A stretch of 64,000 nt of DNA from Histomonas meleagridis 2922-C6/04-290x (GCA_020184695.1 JAANOX010000218.1:62001-126000), one strand, 5' to 3'; positions 1 to 11,056 are shown, numbered from the stretch's first letter. The notes: a model not told the origin generated them from the letters alone. Translations and numbers: made by a program.

Positions 1-334
1 TAAACATCTCATCACAGTTTTTTTAAACACAGTCTGTCAATTTTAACTAAAAGTACAGTTATCTTTCACAGAATTTCAATCCATTTTTTAGTGAAAAAAT
101 TACAGTATTACTGGTTTAAAAAAATTATTATGTATATGTTCCTTTGTTTCCAATCTTTATTGTTCTAAATCTTTTCCTTTTTTTACAAAAGCCAATTCGG
201 ATGAAATTATTGTTATTTGTCTATAAAGAAATTTTAATGTTTTTTACATTTTTAATCATTACAAGGTCAAATGAGTTTCTTTTCTAAAGATTACATATGA
301 ATAAAAATTATTATTACTATCTATTTATAACAAT

Positions 335-2986
335 TTATTTCTGTTTAGGATTTTCCAACTGTATTAAACCAATTGGAGTTATCCTACATGTTTGTATTAA
401 GAACTCTCTTACCATACAAGCGAACATTTTTTCATCTTCTTTATGAACTTTAAGTTGCTTGATGAAATCCAAGTAAACCAGCGAATTCTGTTCATTCAAA
501 ATTGAGCAAAGCGATTCAAAGATTTCAAGGTCAATTCTTAAGTCCGATACCGAATTCAACATCAATACATTTAACAACTTTACCAGTGAATTGAAAGAAC
601 TTGAATGCAGCATATCAAAAAGTGAGTTCAAAACCGCCAATACGAAACTTCTTCTATACGAACAATTAAATTCATCGATTTGTTGCTTATCGAATTTTCT
701 TATCATACACATTATACATGAAATTGCAGCTTCATTATTATCGCTTTTCAAACTTTCAATTCCGCCTAAAATTGATTTACAAATTTGTTGTATGCAAATT
801 ATTCCAACATTAAATTTCGAGATCATTTCAAAGTAATCAGTTTCCAAGTCATTGTTATTACTGATATAAGGCAATATAATATCACTAACAATGTTTGGGA
901 GGAATTCTTCGAATTTTTGATGAGCATTTCTTAAAGCAGCGATTAAAAAAAATGATTTCGTAAACAAATGCGGACATTCTTTAATCATTTCAAGGATTCT
1001 TTTTATTATGATTTGTATCATTTCATATTGCGACTCACAAAAACCAATCGAAAGAATCAGAAATAAATAATTCACAAACTCTTCATTATGAAATAAAGGA
1101 TCGAATACGATTAATGATATATCAAGAATTTGTTGCCATAAATATTTAAATATTTCACCAGAACATTTCGTTTCTGATGATTTAAACATTAAACACTCAA
1201 ATGCAATTTGGATTTGTTTCCAATCGGAATTAGGAAACATCGAAAGGAAATTATAAAATCGTTGTTGAATTGGATATGAAACTAATTGATAAAACGAATT
1301 TTGATTTTCCATAAATGATATTTGCCGACATATAATTTTAAAGATTCGTGAGCCACAACTTAAACCTAAAAAATTCTCAAGGTTTTGTAACAAATGAAAA
1401 AATAAAAAATTGTTGTTAACATAATATATGTTTTGATTCTTTTTCGATAGATAATTAAGTGCATGTGATGATGAATCTTGAATGCCTTCACATTGACATT
1501 CTAAACATCGAATCAGAAAATATATAAATCGTTCAATTAATGAATTTTCGGAATTTATACATTTGGAACATCGACTTAACGCAAATAATCCAGATGCAAC
1601 CATTGGCGCTGTTTGAACACTTAATTCAAGTGTTGAAATTTCATGAAAAACATTAGAAAATGCTTGAACATAAAAACTCGATTCAATTTCATCCGAAATC
1701 GATGCAATAAGAATACCAAATGCATAGTTCGTTTGTATTGTAATTTGTTCTTGAAAAATTAATGCACTAGCACTTTGTGAATTACATTTATAAAAATAGG
1801 AAAAGCATTTAAATACAATTTTGTCTTTGATAACGCCTTCGTTAATGGTATATGTTAAAATGTTTAAAAAAGGTTTGCTGAGAACGGTGTAAATATCTGA
1901 AAATAGAAAAAGTGTCGTCGATTCACCACTTTCCGTTATTTGTGTGAACGCTCGCTCAAAAACAGAAAACCAAAGCTTCCAAACTAAATGAACGCGTGAA
2001 GATTGCGTAACTGGTGACGTAAAAGTGTATACGTATTGGCAAAGAACACTTTGCTTGAGATCTTCAATTGTCATTTTTTCTTGGATTTTAACTTTCAGAG
2101 AAGAAACGGTAGGATCATCGAAAATAACTTTTTCCAGGAGTTCTCCATATTTAAGAAGAAATTTTATCATGAATCGTGATAGAAACTTTGATTGATTTGT
2201 AATATTTGCAGCATTTGTAAGGATTAATGGTGCCGTAATTGCAAATAACTCAGTGGAGTCGACTCTTTTTATGAAAATAAGAGAAGCAAGTTGAACACAT
2301 TCAATATGTACAGAATCAAAAACTTGGAATCCGCAAAAAATTGTATGGAAAATATCCTCGTTGTAGAAGTGTTCTATGGGTGATATTCGAGCAAGGACAA
2401 GAACAAGATTAATCGATGACTTGATTTTGGAAGAGTTACTAAGAAGTGGTATTACAAAAGAAAAAATCCTAGACGTAGAATCATTGATGTGGCTAAGAAG
2501 TTCTTGTCGACGGGATGTGATGATAAATGGTGAATATAAAACATCTGTTAAAAAAACATGAAAAAGATCGAGAAGTTCAGTGTCATTTGACTGTGGATAT
2601 ATACCAAAAGGGAATTCATTCCAGTTTTGTGGCCATTCGTGCAATGCAATTGTGACAATAATATCATTAATTACTTTTTTAATTGGTACCAATTCTGTTG
2701 TTTTTTTTAACTGGTCCACTGCTATGTTTTTAAGCTGGTTTTTTAATTCTTCGCTCATTTTACTGTAATTTATTTTTAAATGATTAGAAATCACAATTAG
2801 TGAAGAATACATGGCATACATGTTTTTTGTGTTTTGTACAATGTTGATTGCTAGATCAAAACAATCATTTGATTGTTGCCATGCATATAAATATGAGGAT
2901 GCTTCTTTTTGAACTTGAATTGTTCCCTCATATAATGCGGTCGATACAGCTTCAATTTGCTCCATGTTGAAGCTATAGTCTTGCAT
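335..2986 (-). CDS. Exportin-1/CRM1-like karyopherin (883 aa)
   Basis: ATG-initiated HEAT-like ORF; 'IIVTIALHEWPQNWNEF' resembles CRM1 'ILVQILKQEWPKHWPTF' and C-terminal 'FACMVREFLIQ' resembles 'FKEHLRDFLVQ'. Divergent. Confidence 0.7.
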   Translation of the reverse strand: MQDYSFNMEQIEAVSTALYEGTIQVQKEASSYLYAWQQSNDCFDLAINIVQNTKNMYAMYSSLIVISNHLKINYSKMSEELKNQLKNIAVDQLKKTTELVPIKKVINDIIVTIALHEWPQNWNEFPFGIYPQSNDTELLDLFHVFLTDVLYSPFIITSRRQELLSHINDSTSRIFSFVIPLLSNSSKIKSSINLVLVLARISPIEHFYNEDIFHTIFCGFQVFDSVHIECVQLASLIFIKRVDSTELFAITAPLILTNAANITNQSKFLSRFMIKFLLKYGELLEKVIFDDPTVSSLKVKIQEKMTIEDLKQSVLCQYVYTFTSPVTQSSRVHLVWKLWFSVFERAFTQITESGESTTLFLFSDIYTVLSKPFLNILTYTINEGVIKDKIVFKCFSYFYKCNSQSASALIFQEQITIQTNYAFGILIASISDEIESSFYVQAFSNVFHEISTLELSVQTAPMVASGLFALSRCSKCINSENSLIERFIYFLIRCLECQCEGIQDSSSHALNYLSKKNQNIYYVNNNFLFFHLLQNLENFLGLSCGSRIFKIICRQISFMENQNSFYQLVSYPIQQRFYNFLSMFPNSDWKQIQIAFECLMFKSSETKCSGEIFKYLWQQILDISLIVFDPLFHNEEFVNYLFLILSIGFCESQYEMIQIIIKRILEMIKECPHLFTKSFFLIAALRNAHQKFEEFLPNIVSDIILPYISNNNDLETDYFEMISKFNVGIICIQQICKSILGGIESLKSDNNEAAISCIMCMIRKFDKQQIDEFNCSYRRSFVLAVLNSLFDMLHSSSFNSLVKLLNVLMLNSVSDLRIDLEIFESLCSILNEQNSLVYLDFIKQLKVHKEDEKMFACMVREFLIQTCRITPIGLIQLENPKQK

Positions 2987-3083
2987 CGCTTATATTTATG
3001 TAAAAGCAAAAATATTTTCAGGAAGTGGATTTATCAATTAGACAAAGTATGTCAATTCTATCGTTTAACGACGGTGAGATTTT

Positions 3084-3827
3084 CTAAATTAACTTCGATG
3101 TAGTTTGATCACTCAAAAGAAACTTCTTTACGAAGTTACGAACATATCCTTTATATTCTTCATTGTGATCACGATACATACCAACATGTGGAGAATCTTC
3201 CCAAACATGTGTTTCTTCATAAATTCCACGCTTTCGAAGTTCTTCAGCATATTCGAGAACACTCGTATACTTGATGAGGTTATCTTTTTTTGATGTCATT
3301 AACATTGTTGGGACATTGAAAGGATTAGAATAACAAGCATTAAGTATTTGAGAAGATTCTTTGCGATGTTTTGTGTTAACCAAAAGAAACAAATCAAAAA
3401 CAGGCTTTAGAATGAAATTAGCACATTTTCTGCATGTTGGTGATTTTGGAAAAATTGCATTTGAAAAAGCAGTATGATACAAATGTCTTGTAGGATGTCC
3501 TGGCGTACTATCTAGTATCAAACCTTTTATGTTTAAATTTGGTTTGAACCCGCCTTTTTGATCTGTTAAAGATTTATAGAAAGCAGACGCTCCATTTAAT
3601 GAAAAAATATGGCATACAATTGGCCTTCCTTTAGCTTTTTCATATATTTGATTGAATTCTTTAGTATCTTGTTTTAATGTTAATAAAGATTTTGGTGTTT
3701 GTATAAAAGATTCATGATCTATATCAAAATCGCTATATAACCTTGCGACCTTTTTAATGTTATATGGTTTGGCTCCAAGCCAACCATATATAAAAACAGC
3801 AGGCTTCGCTTTTTGCGAGCAAAGCAT
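3084..3827 (-). CDS. TMEM53/DUF829-family alpha/beta-hydrolase-like protein
   Basis: Motifs YGWLGAK, HIFSLNG, GLILDSTPG and WEDSPHVGMYR are typical of DUF829. Confidence 0.75.
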   Translation of the reverse strand: MLCSQKAKPAVFIYGWLGAKPYNIKKVARLYSDFDIDHESFIQTPKSLLTLKQDTKEFNQIYEKAKGRPIVCHIFSLNGASAFYKSLTDQKGGFKPNLNIKGLILDSTPGHPTRHLYHTAFSNAIFPKSPTCRKCANFILKPVFDLFLLVNTKHRKESSQILNACYSNPFNVPTMLMTSKKDNLIKYTSVLEYAEELRKRGIYEETHVWEDSPHVGMYRDHNEEYKGYVRNFVKKFLLSDQTTSKLI

Positions 3828-4189
3828 ATTCGTTAACGTTTTCAGGGCACCCCTTAATTTACTGAAAGTGTAAATGTCGAAATCGAAATTTACAGCAAAA
3901 TTATAAAATAAAAATTAAAGCAAGCAATGTACCTTTGTACACAAATCTTCGGAGTTTTTTGTACGAAATATGGCTTTAAAAATCCTTGAGAAAATGTGGA
4001 AATTTGCTGCCTATCCAAAAATTTAATATTGTTTTTTAATATATGGATATTAGATCAATATTTTTGACTTTCTATCATTAACCCATAAAATTTTTCAGTA
4101 AATATAATTGGATATTCCCAAAAATGCAAAGCCTAAAAATACTGGTGGTTGGCAAAAACCGTTTCTTTAATTTTATTTTTTTCTTGATA

Positions 4190-6123
4190 ATGGGAAGCAA
4201 TCAAAGTAATGAGAATCATAGTAATTCAACCTAAAGAAATGAATTTATTCAAACATTACAGAAACTAGAAAAAATTATTTTTGATTTAAATGAAAAAAAT
4301 GTTGATGAATCAATTGAACATTCGTTAATGTTTATTAATCAAAAATTTTTATATTCATCCATTTTTATTATTTGCAGAATTGTATATGAGTTTTATTGTT
4401 TCAAAGGTCTTGATCAATTATGTTTCGAGTATTTAAAGAAATTTGATTCAAAATTAAATGAAAATGGAAACAATGTTATTAATATTTTTACAAATTTTTT
4501 GCTTTCTATTAAAACTCAAGAAGCAAAATATCTTATTGGGAAAATGTGTGAACATGATTTAATTGATCCGCAAGTATTTGCAAATAAAATAAAATTGGAT
4601 TATTATAAAAATTTTTCAGAAGAAGAAATTAAAAATTTTACATCAGATCAAATTTTTGATTTATTTTCCCGGATTTATTACAAAACGCATAAAAAACTTT
4701 CAGAGAATGGATTTGAACTTCATAAGCAATTAATAAAAGAAGGAGTTAATCCAAAAGAAATTGCGAAAATAATTCGAAATGATGAAAACGAAAAACTTCA
4801 AGAAATATCATCACAAACAGATTTTAATTATAACCAAAAAATTAAACCATCAATTTATGAAAGATGTGATTTTATTTCTGGTGAAAGTGTTTCATTAATT
4901 AATTTTGCAGCACTTTTTGGATCCATTAAATGTTTTACATATTTACTTATGAAAGGTGCAAATGTGGAAAAAACAGGTAAATATGCAGCTGCTGGTGGGA
5001 ATCTTGAAATTATTCATTTATGTGAGCAAAATAATTCATCATTTGTTGATGCATGTGGAGTCTCAATTGTATTTCATCGAAATGATGTCTTTAAATATAT
5101 TTATAGAAATCTTTTCAATGTATTAGATGGAGATTATAGTAATGATGATTTTTTTTTGAAACTTCTTCTAAAAATATGGATAGTGGAACTTTAGAAAATT
5201 TAGGAGAAACTTGTATTTGTTTTCAAAATTATGAAATTTTATCATATTTATTGGATGAAGGAATGGAAATTAAAAAATCTCATATCATCGATTCAATAGA
5301 AACAGGAAACACATTTATTTTTCAATGTTTCCATGAGGAAAATCCTATAATTGTTTATATATCGGATATCCAAAGGTTCAATTTTTCGGGAAATATAGAA
5401 TGCTTTAATTACCTTATTAAGAATAAATATATTAATAATCATAAGGGAATTTGTTCATTTTATTTAGTATTTATTATTGATATTTTTGGATATTTCATAA
5501 TAATTTTTAGAAATTGTTTATAGTATTTAAAACAGCATTTATTCATGCATCGAAAAAAGGTTATAGAAATAGTTAAATTACTTCTTGAAGGAGAAGGAAT
5601 TGATATTAATGCTAAAAATGTTTATATGTTTTATTTAAAATTTATTTTAATAAATCAAAATTTCAAAATAATATTTGGAAATTATTTAAATTATTTGAAA
5701 CAGCACTTACATATGCAACTAAGAAAAGCAATGAAAGAATTGTTAAATTACTTCTTCAACAAAAAGAAATTAATTTTAATATTAAAAATATTTATTTGTT
5801 TTATTTAAAATTTATTTTATAGTTTTGATATTAAAAAATAATATTTAAAAATTATTTAAAATATTTGAAACAGCACTTATTATAGCATCTAAAAATGGTG
5901 ACACAAAAATAGTTAAATTACTTCTTAAACATGTAGATATCAATATCAATATAAAAAATATTTATTTATATGTTATAAAATTTATTTTATTATTTTGCTG
6001 TTAAAAAATAACATTTGGAAAATATTTATATTATTTAGCACGGCACTTACGTGTGCATCTAGAGGTAATTATGATAAAATTGTTGATATGCTTAACAAGT
6101 TTGGTCAACCGAACAAAAAATGA
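4190..6123 (+). pseudogene. DUF3447-type ankyrin-repeat gene, locus A, interrupted by four non-canonical inserts and carrying additional lesions
   Basis: Starts MGSNQS at 4190; in-frame TAA at 4232; AALFGSIKCF..YAAAGGNLEIIHLCEQ..FHRNDVF block; 1-nt frameshift in T-run near 5150-5157; ankyrin units TAF/TAL at 5532, 5700, 5870, 6040; 2-nt loss near 5564; final TGA at 6121-6123. Confidence 0.75.
5452..6033 (+). repeat. Four homologous AT-rich inserts in ankyrin array A (about 5452-5525, 5623-5693, 5793-5863, 5963-6033); 170-nt unit period
   Basis: Thr codons of TAL at 5700, 5870 and 6040 are exactly 170 nt apart; shared sequence TATTTGTTTTATTTAAAATTTATTTT..AAAATAATATTTGGAAATTATTTAAATTA. Exact boundaries are uncertain by a few nt. 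Confidence 0.9.
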
Positions 6124-6481
6124 TAACTATTTAAGTGACAAGCAAAAATTTTTGAAAATTATTTTTAAGTATGAAATTATCAATATCCTATAGAAACAGT
6201 TCAAGAAGTAAACAATGAGATTAGAATCTAACTTTCTTTCTTGAGTAAATAATTTAAATGACAAAAGAGAAAAAAGAAGAATTACACTTTGGAAGTCATA
6301 AGTTTTGACAATAGCTGAAATGAGAAATGTTAATTTAATATTATCCTTTGGAAGTAATAGATATTTACGATTAACTAATCCAAAAAATAAAAGTAATTCT
6401 TCATTTATTAAAACTATGAACATAGTAAGATTATAAACTTTGGAAAGCTTTATTATTATTTTGTGACTTAAATCATAGATT

Positions 6482-6708
6482 TTATCTATTTGGAAAACCT
6501 TTAGCATATAATGATATCAATACATATCCTGTGGAAGTACTGATAAAGTAGTTTTGTTAGACAAAATTATCCCATTAAAAATAATATGAATGCTTTCGAT
6601 AGAATTAATTTTTGCGACCATCTGTTTTACACAACGAATTGTTTCTTTAATTGGTACATTACATATTTTTGATATTGATTCACATAAATCTTTAAATCTT
6701 CCAACCAA
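6482..6708 (-). pseudogene. Possible ubiquitin-like-domain relic
   Basis: 'VPIKETIRCVKQMVAKINSIESIHIIFNGIILSNKTTLSVL' resembles a UBL core; continues in another frame as VLISLYAKG; no ATG start at the 5' end. Confidence 0.25.
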
Positions 6709-6772
6709 ATTGATAAATAGATTTGAGGGAAAAGTTCAATAATGAAAATAATTGTGTGTGAGTATTGTGTTT

Positions 6773-7426
6773 TTAGTAAACGCGATGTGGCTTGCCCATT
6801 GTTGAGTGGAGGGTAATAGCACCGATTGATTGCCATTGCTTCTTAAGGAGTGAAACAACGTAGTTGGTAGCAAGCATAACGTTTTGATATACTTGTTCTG
6901 GTTTCATTGCAACATTAGCAACTGCAACACCAAATGCGATTGATTTCTTAAGCCTGAACTTAACAGTCTTACGGGCTTCATCAACAGCATCAGCAACTTT
7001 ATCAGATGAACGGATTGGTGCTGGGAACTTACCTGTCTTGTTGAATGCTGGACCTAATGTCTTGTTGAGGTTCTTGATGATGGTATCAGATGCAAGGAAA
7101 AGGTGGTGCTTCTTTGCCCAATACTTGATTGTCTTCTTATCCTTGTTGAAGTTTGTAAGGGTTTGAAGATCATAGTATGGAACATTGATAGCAGCAGCTT
7201 GTTCGCAATGGATTTTATCACCCATGATACCAATACGAAGTCCTGGACGGATAACGTTTGGAAGCTTGATGCTTCCGATGAAACGCTTATCCTTTGCAAT
7301 GTTGTAACCCTTGAGACGGATTTGAAGTTCGATGGTTTCAGTGAACTTCCTCTTCTTCTTGTTATTAGAGTAATCAAGGATGTCTGCTATAGCAGATCGA
7401 AGGTTTTCCTGGTGGATACGGGACAT
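6773..7426 (-). CDS. RPL10A: 60S ribosomal protein L10a (uL1)
   Basis: 217 aa; KKRKFTETIELQIRLKGY..KDKRF.GSIKLP, GKFP and STMGKP motifs; higher-GC, highly expressed codon usage. Confidence 0.97.
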   Translation of the reverse strand: MSRIHQENLRSAIADILDYSNNKKKRKFTETIELQIRLKGYNIAKDKRFIGSIKLPNVIRPGLRIGIMGDKIHCEQAAAINVPYYDLQTLTNFNKDKKTIKYWAKKHHLFLASDTIIKNLNKTLGPAFNKTGKFPAPIRSSDKVADAVDEARKTVKFRLKKSIAFGVAVANVAMKPEQVYQNVMLATNYVVSLLKKQWQSIGAITLHSTMGKPHRVY

Positions 7427-7430
7427 GGCA

Positions 7431-7459
7431 AAAGGTCGACCAAAACTGCAGAAACCGTT
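7431..7459 (-). promoter_or_regulatory. Trichomonad-type core promoter: M5 (CCTTT, 7431-7435) and M3-like (AACGGTTT, 7452-7459)
   Basis: CCTTT ends 4 nt before the RPL10A ATG with AACGGTTT upstream; both match core promoter motifs described in Trichomonas vaginalis. Confidence 0.6.
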
Positions 7460-8640
7460 TTATTATCAAGCATTTTCAGTTAAGAATGATCGTCAACTCA
7501 ATGGATAGCTATCGTTGTTCGTTTTTATGCCAATAATTTTCTTAAAAACTAAATGTGTCAACATCAAAATGCAAAAAGACCGTTAAAAAATAAATTCCAT
7601 TTTCATTCAAAGTAAACGAATTCAAATTTATTTCTTTTCATAGACACTCTATATACAACCCTCGAAAATTCTTTCCTGCAATCATTTTTGCCAGATCTAT
7701 TTTGATGTTGTACTATATATTATGAAATTATATATTTATTTTTTTTATTTTTATTATTAAGAATAATAAACATTTTTTTATTTTTATTATTAAGAATAAT
7801 AAACATTAATAAACATATTTGTAGAAAATCCATAAAAAAACTTCTTTTCTAGAAGACAGATTTTTGATATCTTATAAATTCAAAAAAAATGCGGGATGAT
7901 TTTCTGACTTTTCAACTAGAAAGTCAATAATTCTCTTATAAAAATTTAATCATTTTTAATATCAAAAATAACATATAATGGAATTTATAAAACGCCTAAA
8001 ATCATGTGCGTAAACCAATTTGATATGAAGATATATTCATTTTATTTTTAAATGTCAAATCTTTAAATAAAAGTTTTTGTCTTATAAAGATATAAGAATA
8101 TTATTTACTGTTATTATTAATCTTTACCATATATTTTTTAAGGATTAAAATAATGAGAACAAAAAGATAATTTTATTCTATTTGGTGTCAAACGACCGTT
8201 TGAAGAACAGGACCCGTTATCGTGAAAATAATTGAATCAAACAGCTAAATGAATCTAAAATATTAAAATAGAAGTATCTCAAAATCTTCAAAACAATTTC
8301 CAAAAATACTAGAGTTTTCGGGAATTAAAACTAGAATATAATATTATATTTTATTAATTAGCTATAAGGTCAAAATGTCAAAACCGCTTTATCCTCTGTT
8401 ACAATAAAATTCGAACAAAGTTGGTCAATTCACAAACCTTTTTTATGCTTCCAATTAGTACCAAACTAAAACAAGAATATCTTCCAAAACAAAATAGATC
8501 TCACGAAATAGGTAGAACTTGAAAAATCTCATTTTTTTTATTTTTTATCATATATCGACATCATACAAAAAATCATAATTTTGGAGCAGGAATGCACGGT
8601 GCATTGACCAAGCGATCAGAAACGATAGACTACGACTTCC

Positions 8641-11056
8641 ATGTCATATCCAAACAGAACAACAATTTTGAAGTACTTTATCAAACCTCATCATTTTGTT
8701 TTAAGAGCACCAAGAATTCAAGTTTTTATTCTTCTCATTTTTATAAGTAAAATAGTTTTCACCTTTGTTTTTAATAAACATTTACATTTCCAGCGACAAA
8801 ATCAAATTGAAAACCAATGTAACTTTACGTCTACTACTGCAAGTTCTTTTTCACCATTTTTTCATCTTTTTAACAACAAAAATTTCAACACATTTGATGA
8901 TCAACAACCTGCTAACATTTTTGTAAAATCAAAAGAAATATGTTACCAAACATACCGTATTGATCTTATGCGATCAAAAAACATATTATTATTAACAAAA
9001 ACAAAAAAAGAAATATTCATTTTTTTGGCAAAAATTCATAAATTCATTAAATTTTTTTTATTAAATGAAAGTAATTTTTCATTTTTTGGAAATGATCAAA
9101 TTGGAATAGTTTCATTTATTGCGTTTTTGATTAAATTTCACTTATCGAAAACTTTTTTGCGACATAAAAACATTAATTTGTTTTTAGTGTTTTTTGTTTT
9201 ACTGTTCGCAAATGGATTCTCAACTTTTGATAATTCAACTAAAACACTTACTATTTCCAATTCAACAGATTGTGATAATATAGCACTATATAAAAATGAA
9301 ACAATTTATCTTATTATTGGAGGTAATGTCACTGAAATTGCAGATAATTGTTTTTCTGAGTGGAATAATTTGGAAAGTATCAAAATGAATGAATCAATCA
9401 TTGCAATTGGAAATTCTGCATTTTCATCATGTTCCAATTTGAGGATAGTTTTTATTGGAGAAAATGTAACAACAATTGGAATTTCTGCATTTTTATATTG
9501 CATATCATTAGTAAATATTACAATTCCAAACAAAGTAACAACAATTGGGAATTTTGCATTTTCATCATGTTCCAATTTGAGGATAGTTTTTATTGGAGAA
9601 AATGTAACAACAATTGGAATTTCTTCATTTTCATATTGCACATCATTAGTAAATATTACAATTCCAAACAAAGTAACAGAAATTGGGAATTTTGCATTTT
9701 CATCATGTTCCAATTTGAGGATAGTTTTTATTGGAGAAAATGTAACAACAATTGGAATTTCTGCATTTTTATATTGCATATCATTAGTAAATATTACAAT
9801 TCCAAACAAAGTAACAACAATTGGGAATTTTGCATTTTCATCATGTTCCAATTTGAGGATAGTTTTTATTAGAGAAAATGTAACAACAATTGGAAATTCT
9901 GCATTTTCATATTGCACATCATTAGGAAATATTACAATTCCAAACAAAGTAACAGAAATTGGAAATTCTGCATTTGAATTTTGATCCAACCTTCAAATGA
10001 TTAAAGTTTCCAGCGAAAACTCAAATTATTCCAATTATAACGAAGATGGTATTTTATATAACAAAAACGTCACAAAAATTATTTGTTATCCATGTGGGAA
10101 AACAAACGAAACATATACATTCCCAACAAATGTCACTGCAATTGGTGTTAATGCATTCTGTAATTGTATCTCATTAAGGAACATCGAAATTCCATGCAAT
10201 ATAACATCAGTTGGTGACAAAGCATTTGCATCATGCTTCTATCTCACATGTATTTTTTATTATGGCGAAACAGTCCCAACGAATACATCGAATGTATTTG
10301 ATAATAATAATTTAATCAGAAGTGTCATGACAATCGATTCATACAGCGGCCAAACATTCTGCGGTATAAATGTCAGTAAAGGAACAGTCATTGATGAATG
10401 TCTCCCACCAACGCAATCATTCACACGATCGAACACATACTCAAACACATTTACGAAGTCTAGTACATTAACGAAATCAAATGCATATACTAATTCTAAT
10501 ACACTAATTTTCATATGAAATTTCATTTGTTGTTTCGAATTCATTTACTTTTTCATATTCGAATGGTATAACATTAACGAATACAATAACATTAACACAA
10601 TCATTATCCATTACGCAAACAATAAGTATTTATAATTCGACGTATTCGAATTCAATTTCTGTTTCTATTTTTAATTCAGCATTAACTTATGTTTTGAGTG
10701 AATTTATTTATTACGAATATACTGTTATTGTATATTCGACTTATTACATATATTATAGTAATTTCTTTACTATTATATATCAAAATGAAAATATTAAAGA
10801 TGATAATAAAAACACAATAATAATTATAAGTGTTTGCGTTGCAGTTGTCGTAATTGTAATAATTGCATTACTTATCATAGTTTTGGTGCGAATTCATAAT
10901 AAGAAACAAATAAGTAATGAACAAGAAGCAAAAAGTTTCGAAGAAAATCAAAATGAAAAAGAAAATACATTTGCAATGGGAACATCAACGAATAATATTG
11001 ATGAAGATCCATTTGCTGATGATTTCAAAGAAGAAAAATTCATTAATCATATTTAG
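8641..11056 (+). pseudogene. BspA-like (TpLRR) type I surface protein, disrupted
   Basis: Signal-like NLFLVFFVLLFANG near 9175; IGxxAFxxCxxL LRRs; in-frame TGA at 9982-9984; YSNEDGILY-like cap; S/T stalk; 1-nt frameshift near 10505-10515; TM helix and DEDPFADDF tail ending at 11056. Confidence 0.85.
9406..9981 (+). repeat. 138-nt tandem repeat (two 23-aa LRRs per unit, 4 units plus a partial) with 276-nt higher-order pattern
   Basis: Unit starts ATTGG(A/G)AATT at 9406, 9544, 9682, 9820 and 9958; units 1 and 3 share ISAFLYCIS, units 2 and 4 share FSYCTS. Confidence 0.95.

Noticed and set aside
5628-5703. Canonical GT-AG splicing of the ankyrin inserts (GTTTT..ACAG)
   Set aside because: Joining does not restore the TAL frame (it gives an immediate TGA in copy B3), and the AG is missing in copies A4 (ACG GCA) and B1 (ACA CCT).
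5452-6040. CRISPR-like array (170-nt period)
   Set aside because: Eukaryotic context, the 'spacers' are homologous ankyrin-coding blocks, and there are no cas genes.
7741-7806. 33-nt tandem duplication in AT-rich intergenic DNA
   Set aside because: Ordinary slippage duplication with no sign of function.
9306-9989. Antisense and alternate-frame ORFs over the BspA LRRs
   Set aside because: By-products of the repetitive sense sequence.
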